From a virus (lineage: Duplodnaviria > Caudoviricetes), in the IMG/VR virus record IMGVR_UViG_3300006879_000403, positions 1 to 37,880 of that record: a DNA stretch of 37,880 nt; one strand, written 5' to 3'. Both the position numbers and the translations under genes were made by a program. Of the stretch, positions 35,770 through 37,880 are shown piece by piece (position 1 is the stretch's first letter; every line of letters begins with the position of its first letter). The notes beneath the pieces were generated by a model. It had not been told where the DNA came from. It did no database searches and saw nothing but the letters and a program-made list of their open reading frames with translations.

Positions 35770-36047
35770 GCCTTCACTCCCGTCAGGCCAAGCACCTTCC
35801 GAGCGCACGGCAGGAGCATGTCGGAGAAGTACGGTAGCTCCGACTCCACCGGCCCGTCACAGACGACATACCCGGCCAGCTCGTCCATGAGGTCCGCTAC
35901 CGTTCCACCGTCGAAGTGGATGCGGTCGAAGTCCCGGAGGCCGGAGCATCCGTGAGCGTGGACTTTCTTGTACCGGCTCAGATCGCGGTCGTCTTCCTCG
36001 ACGGAAATGTCAGCCGCGCTGACTGGTGTGTCCAGCTTCAGAGTCAT
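35766..36047 (-). CDS. Hypothetical protein
   Basis: RBS GGAGG; H.HGCS...LPC motif resembling 32750-33223. Confidence 0.65.
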   Translation of the reverse strand: MTLKLDTPVSAADISVEEDDRDLSRYKKVHAHGCSGLRDFDRIHFDGGTVADLMDELAGYVVCDGPVESELPYFSDMLLPCARKVLGLTGVKA

Positions 36048-36048
36048 C

Positions 36049-36252
36049 TCAGTACACCTCCACCCAGCGTCCGATGGTGTTGATCACGTTGTCGTAATCA
36101 CCGCTCGTTGCTTCCGTGGAGAACTGTTCAATCTCCTCGTCTCCCACGCCATGACGCTTCAGGGCGCGTCGAGTCTTGCCGATCATAAAGAACGCGTTGC
36201 CGTCTTCTCCGGACAACTGCACTTCCACGTCGGGGTATTTCGGTTCAGCCAT
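36049..36252 (-). CDS. Small hypothetical protein
   Basis: L.GEDGNAF..IG...RALK...EATSGDYD motif; RBS AGGAG. Confidence 0.75.
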   Translation of the reverse strand: MAEPKYPDVEVQLSGEDGNAFFMIGKTRRALKRHGVGDEEIEQFSTEATSGDYDNVINTIGRWVEVY

Positions 36253-36269
36253 TTCGTGTCTCCTGCCTC

Positions 36270-36560
36270 TCAGCTATTCAGTTCGATCCACGTGAGGTAC
36301 GTGAACCCGTCGTCTGTGCGATCCATGTCGGAATCCCACACGATTTCGTCTTGCGCCAGCTGTTCGAAGAACCCGCACGTGTTTTCCGTGAACACTCTGG
36401 ACAGATCGTGTTTGAGTACAGCACTAACCGCCGCTGTCGCACTGTTGAACGGGTACGCCGTCACCGACTTGCCGTCCGTGTACAGCTCCAACACCCACGC
36501 GGTGAACCCTGTCCGCGAATCAGTCGTGTGGTAGCTCGATACGAATGCGATCTTCTTCAT
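36270..36560 (-). CDS. Hypothetical protein
   Basis: RBS AGGAG before MKKIAFV; ATGA overlap. Confidence 0.65.
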   Translation of the reverse strand: MKKIAFVSSYHTTDSRTGFTAWVLELYTDGKSVTAYPFNSATAAVSAVLKHDLSRVFTENTCGFFEQLAQDEIVWDSDMDRTDDGFTYLTWIELNS

Positions 36561-36769
36561 GCCCGTGTCTCCTGTCCTGTCGGAACGAATGTCATCAGAC
36601 GGTCGCTCCACTCCCACTTGTCGTCGTCGCCCTCGTTCGGGTAGTCGTACGTGGACGGTGTACCCTCGGCGTTCATCATCACGTCGTACATGCCGCCCAT
36701 CTCTTCACGTGCCTGATCTTCGGCCTTGTGTGAGAGCTGGTGTTCTACGTTGAAGTCGGCGTCGATCAC
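36557..36769 (-). CDS. Small acidic hypothetical protein
   Basis: RBS GGAGG; GTGA overlap. Confidence 0.65.
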   Translation of the reverse strand: MIDADFNVEHQLSHKAEDQAREEMGGMYDVMMNAEGTPSTYDYPNEGDDDKWEWSDRLMTFVPTGQETRA

Positions 36770-36915
36770 TTGCGGCCTCCGAGAGTGTTCTGCGCGTCCA
36801 GATCAGCGACCTGCTTCTGAATCTGAGCGACCAGTTCCATTTTTCCCTCGGACATGGCCTGCAGTGCGAGGCTAGTCAGTTCTGCGGCTTTGGTGTGGAT
36901 GCTGGTGTCGTTCAT
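36766..36915 (-). CDS. Small helical protein (49 aa), first gene after a repeated promoter
   Basis: Below the ORF-track cutoff; RBS GGAGGAG; MNDTSIHTKAAELTSLALQAMSEGKMELVAQIQKQVADLDAQNTLGGRK. Confidence 0.7.
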   Translation of the reverse strand: MNDTSIHTKAAELTSLALQAMSEGKMELVAQIQKQVADLDAQNTLGGRK

Positions 36916-36935
36916 TTTTCTCTCCTCCGAGCTGG

Positions 36936-36992
36936 TGGGGCTTGTTCCCCCGTTGTTATATACAGTCTATCAGATGTATCGAGGGGAGTACA
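36936..36992 (-). promoter_or_regulatory. Repeated promoter/operator plus 5' hairpin
   Basis: TGTACT-N17-TAGACT-GTATATAACAAC-GGGGG..GCCCC. Confidence 0.8.
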
Positions 36993-37001
36993 GCCAGAAC
37001 C

Positions 37002-37382
37002 TCAATTTTCGCCAGCGTTATCCAGGAAAATTCGCTCCCCTGCAGTCAGATTCGGAATCCACTGACCCAGCTTCACCAACTGCTCACCCGCATTGAACGC
37101 GTCCTCCACGTCCTCACACAGCCCCTCTTCCATCAGGTAGATGACAATGCTCTTCAGCGACGAACTCCCCGCTTCTCCGAGGAGTCCCCAATCCCAGCTG
37201 GTCGATGCCAGGATCAGCTCACTCACCTTCTCCTCGTTGGTCATGTCATGCGCCGATCCTGCAGTGAACGTTCCCGAGTACGATTCCCCGGACTCCTTGC
37301 CGGTGATCGTGAACTCCGCGATGGACTGCTCATCGGTCCACCTGTTGATCGTGCCGACGACCTTGTACTGAACATCGAACAT
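37002..37382 (-). CDS. Acidic hypothetical protein
   Basis: RBS AAGGAGACAC; 126 aa. Confidence 0.7.
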   Translation of the reverse strand: MFDVQYKVVGTINRWTDEQSIAEFTITGKESGESYSGTFTAGSAHDMTNEEKVSELILASTSWDWGLLGEAGSSSLKSIVIYLMEEGLCEDVEDAFNAGEQLVKLGQWIPNLTAGERIFLDNAGEN

Positions 37383-37405
37383 TTCGTGTCTCCTTAACTC
37401 TGGGT

Positions 37406-37431
37406 GAGGCGGGGCCAGTCGGCCCCGCCTC
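37406..37431 (-). other. Perfect 11-bp intergenic stem-loop
   Basis: GAGGCGGGGCC-N4-GGCCCCGCCTC, no U tail. Confidence 0.6.
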
Positions 37432-37444
37432 GATCTGGTGTGGG

Positions 37445-37618
37445 TCAGCCTTCGGCTTCAGCTTTGGCCTTGGCTTCGTCTGCGGCATCAAGCTCGTCGG
37501 CAATCGCACGAATCTCAGCCTGAATCGCGTGAACCGTCGCCCAATCTTTGCTCTTCAGTGCAATCTCGGCGCGTGCGGTGAGTCCGTTCATGCGCTTGGT
37601 GAGTGTCTGCTGTGCCAT
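37445..37618 (-). CDS. Small helical protein, first gene after a repeated promoter
   Basis: RBS GAGGAG before MAQQTLTKRM; 57 aa. Confidence 0.7.
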   Translation of the reverse strand: MAQQTLTKRMNGLTARAEIALKSKDWATVHAIQAEIRAIADELDAADEAKAKAEAEG

Positions 37619-37639
37619 TTCGTTCTCCTCTGAGTTGGT

Positions 37640-37696
37640 TGGGGCCTTTCCCCGTGTTGTTATATACAGTCTATCAGGTGGTTTCGTGGAGCGCAA
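37640..37696 (-). promoter_or_regulatory. Repeated promoter/operator plus 5' hairpin
   Basis: TTGCGC-N17-TAGACT-GTATATAACAACAC-GGGG..GCCCC. Confidence 0.8.
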
Positions 37697-37699
37697 ACC

Positions 37700-37879
37700 C
37701 TAAACACCCAGAACAGACAAAAGTTCCTGCTGTTCCATCTCCGTCAAACCGTGATACCACTCCCACACACCGAACAGCTTCTCCGCCACCGGCACAGCCT
37801 GCCGAGGAGTCGCCCGATACGTCTCCATAGCCAACGGCAGGAAGTCCGCCGCCGACACGAACTCCGAGTAGTCTTCCCA
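37700..37879 (-). CDS. 3' end of a gene entering from the right edge
   Basis: Open frame ...WEDYSEFVSAADFLPLAMETYRA...LLSVLGV ends in a stop just before the repeated promoter. Confidence 0.55.
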   Translation of the reverse strand, partial: WEDYSEFVSAADFLPLAMETYRATPRQAVPVAEKLFGVWEWYHGLTEMEQQELLSVLGV

Positions 37880-37880
37880 C

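Noticed and set aside
23645-37696. Dispersed repeats read as a CRISPR array or as LexA SOS boxes (CTGTATATA)
   Set aside because: Copies are 0.7-3.5 kb apart with genes between them. They lack the second CAG half-site and do not match the actinobacterial TCGAAC-N4-GTTCGA box.
37674-37880. 68-aa minus-strand ORF in the track
   Set aside because: It overlaps the promoter element. The alternative frame ending at 37700 looks more protein-like and stops just before the -35 box.

Overview
A ~38 kb segment of a GC-rich tailed (siphovirus-like) actinobacteriophage. Essentially all real genes are on the minus strand, so it is read right to left. From 37.9 to 23.7 kb there is an early region of small genes: SSB, HTH proteins including an Aca2/DUF1870-like one, a truncated beta-clamp-like protein and a lipoprotein. 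Eight copies of one promoter/operator element punctuate this region. From 23.6 to 20.2 kb there is a candidate DNA-modification cassette. From 20.2 kb to position 1 come the packaging and virion genes: terS, terL, portal, MuF, protease, separate hexamer- and pentamer-type capsid proteins, adaptor, major tail, frameshifted tail chaperones, tape measure and an FN3-type tail protein running off the left edge. The most notable feature is the cassette. It holds two DUF488-like genes, then a non-canonical tRNA-Gly(UCC) at 22660-22731 with its own promoter and terminator, then an adenine-MTase-fold plus GNAT/Mom-like fusion gene translationally coupled to a ParB-like gene next to terS. The tRNA keeps the glycine identity elements but has lost the D-loop and T-loop consensus. 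I infer a system in which a dedicated, non-translational Gly-tRNA supplies glycine for DNA hypermodification. All protein family calls come from motif recognition by eye, not from database searches.
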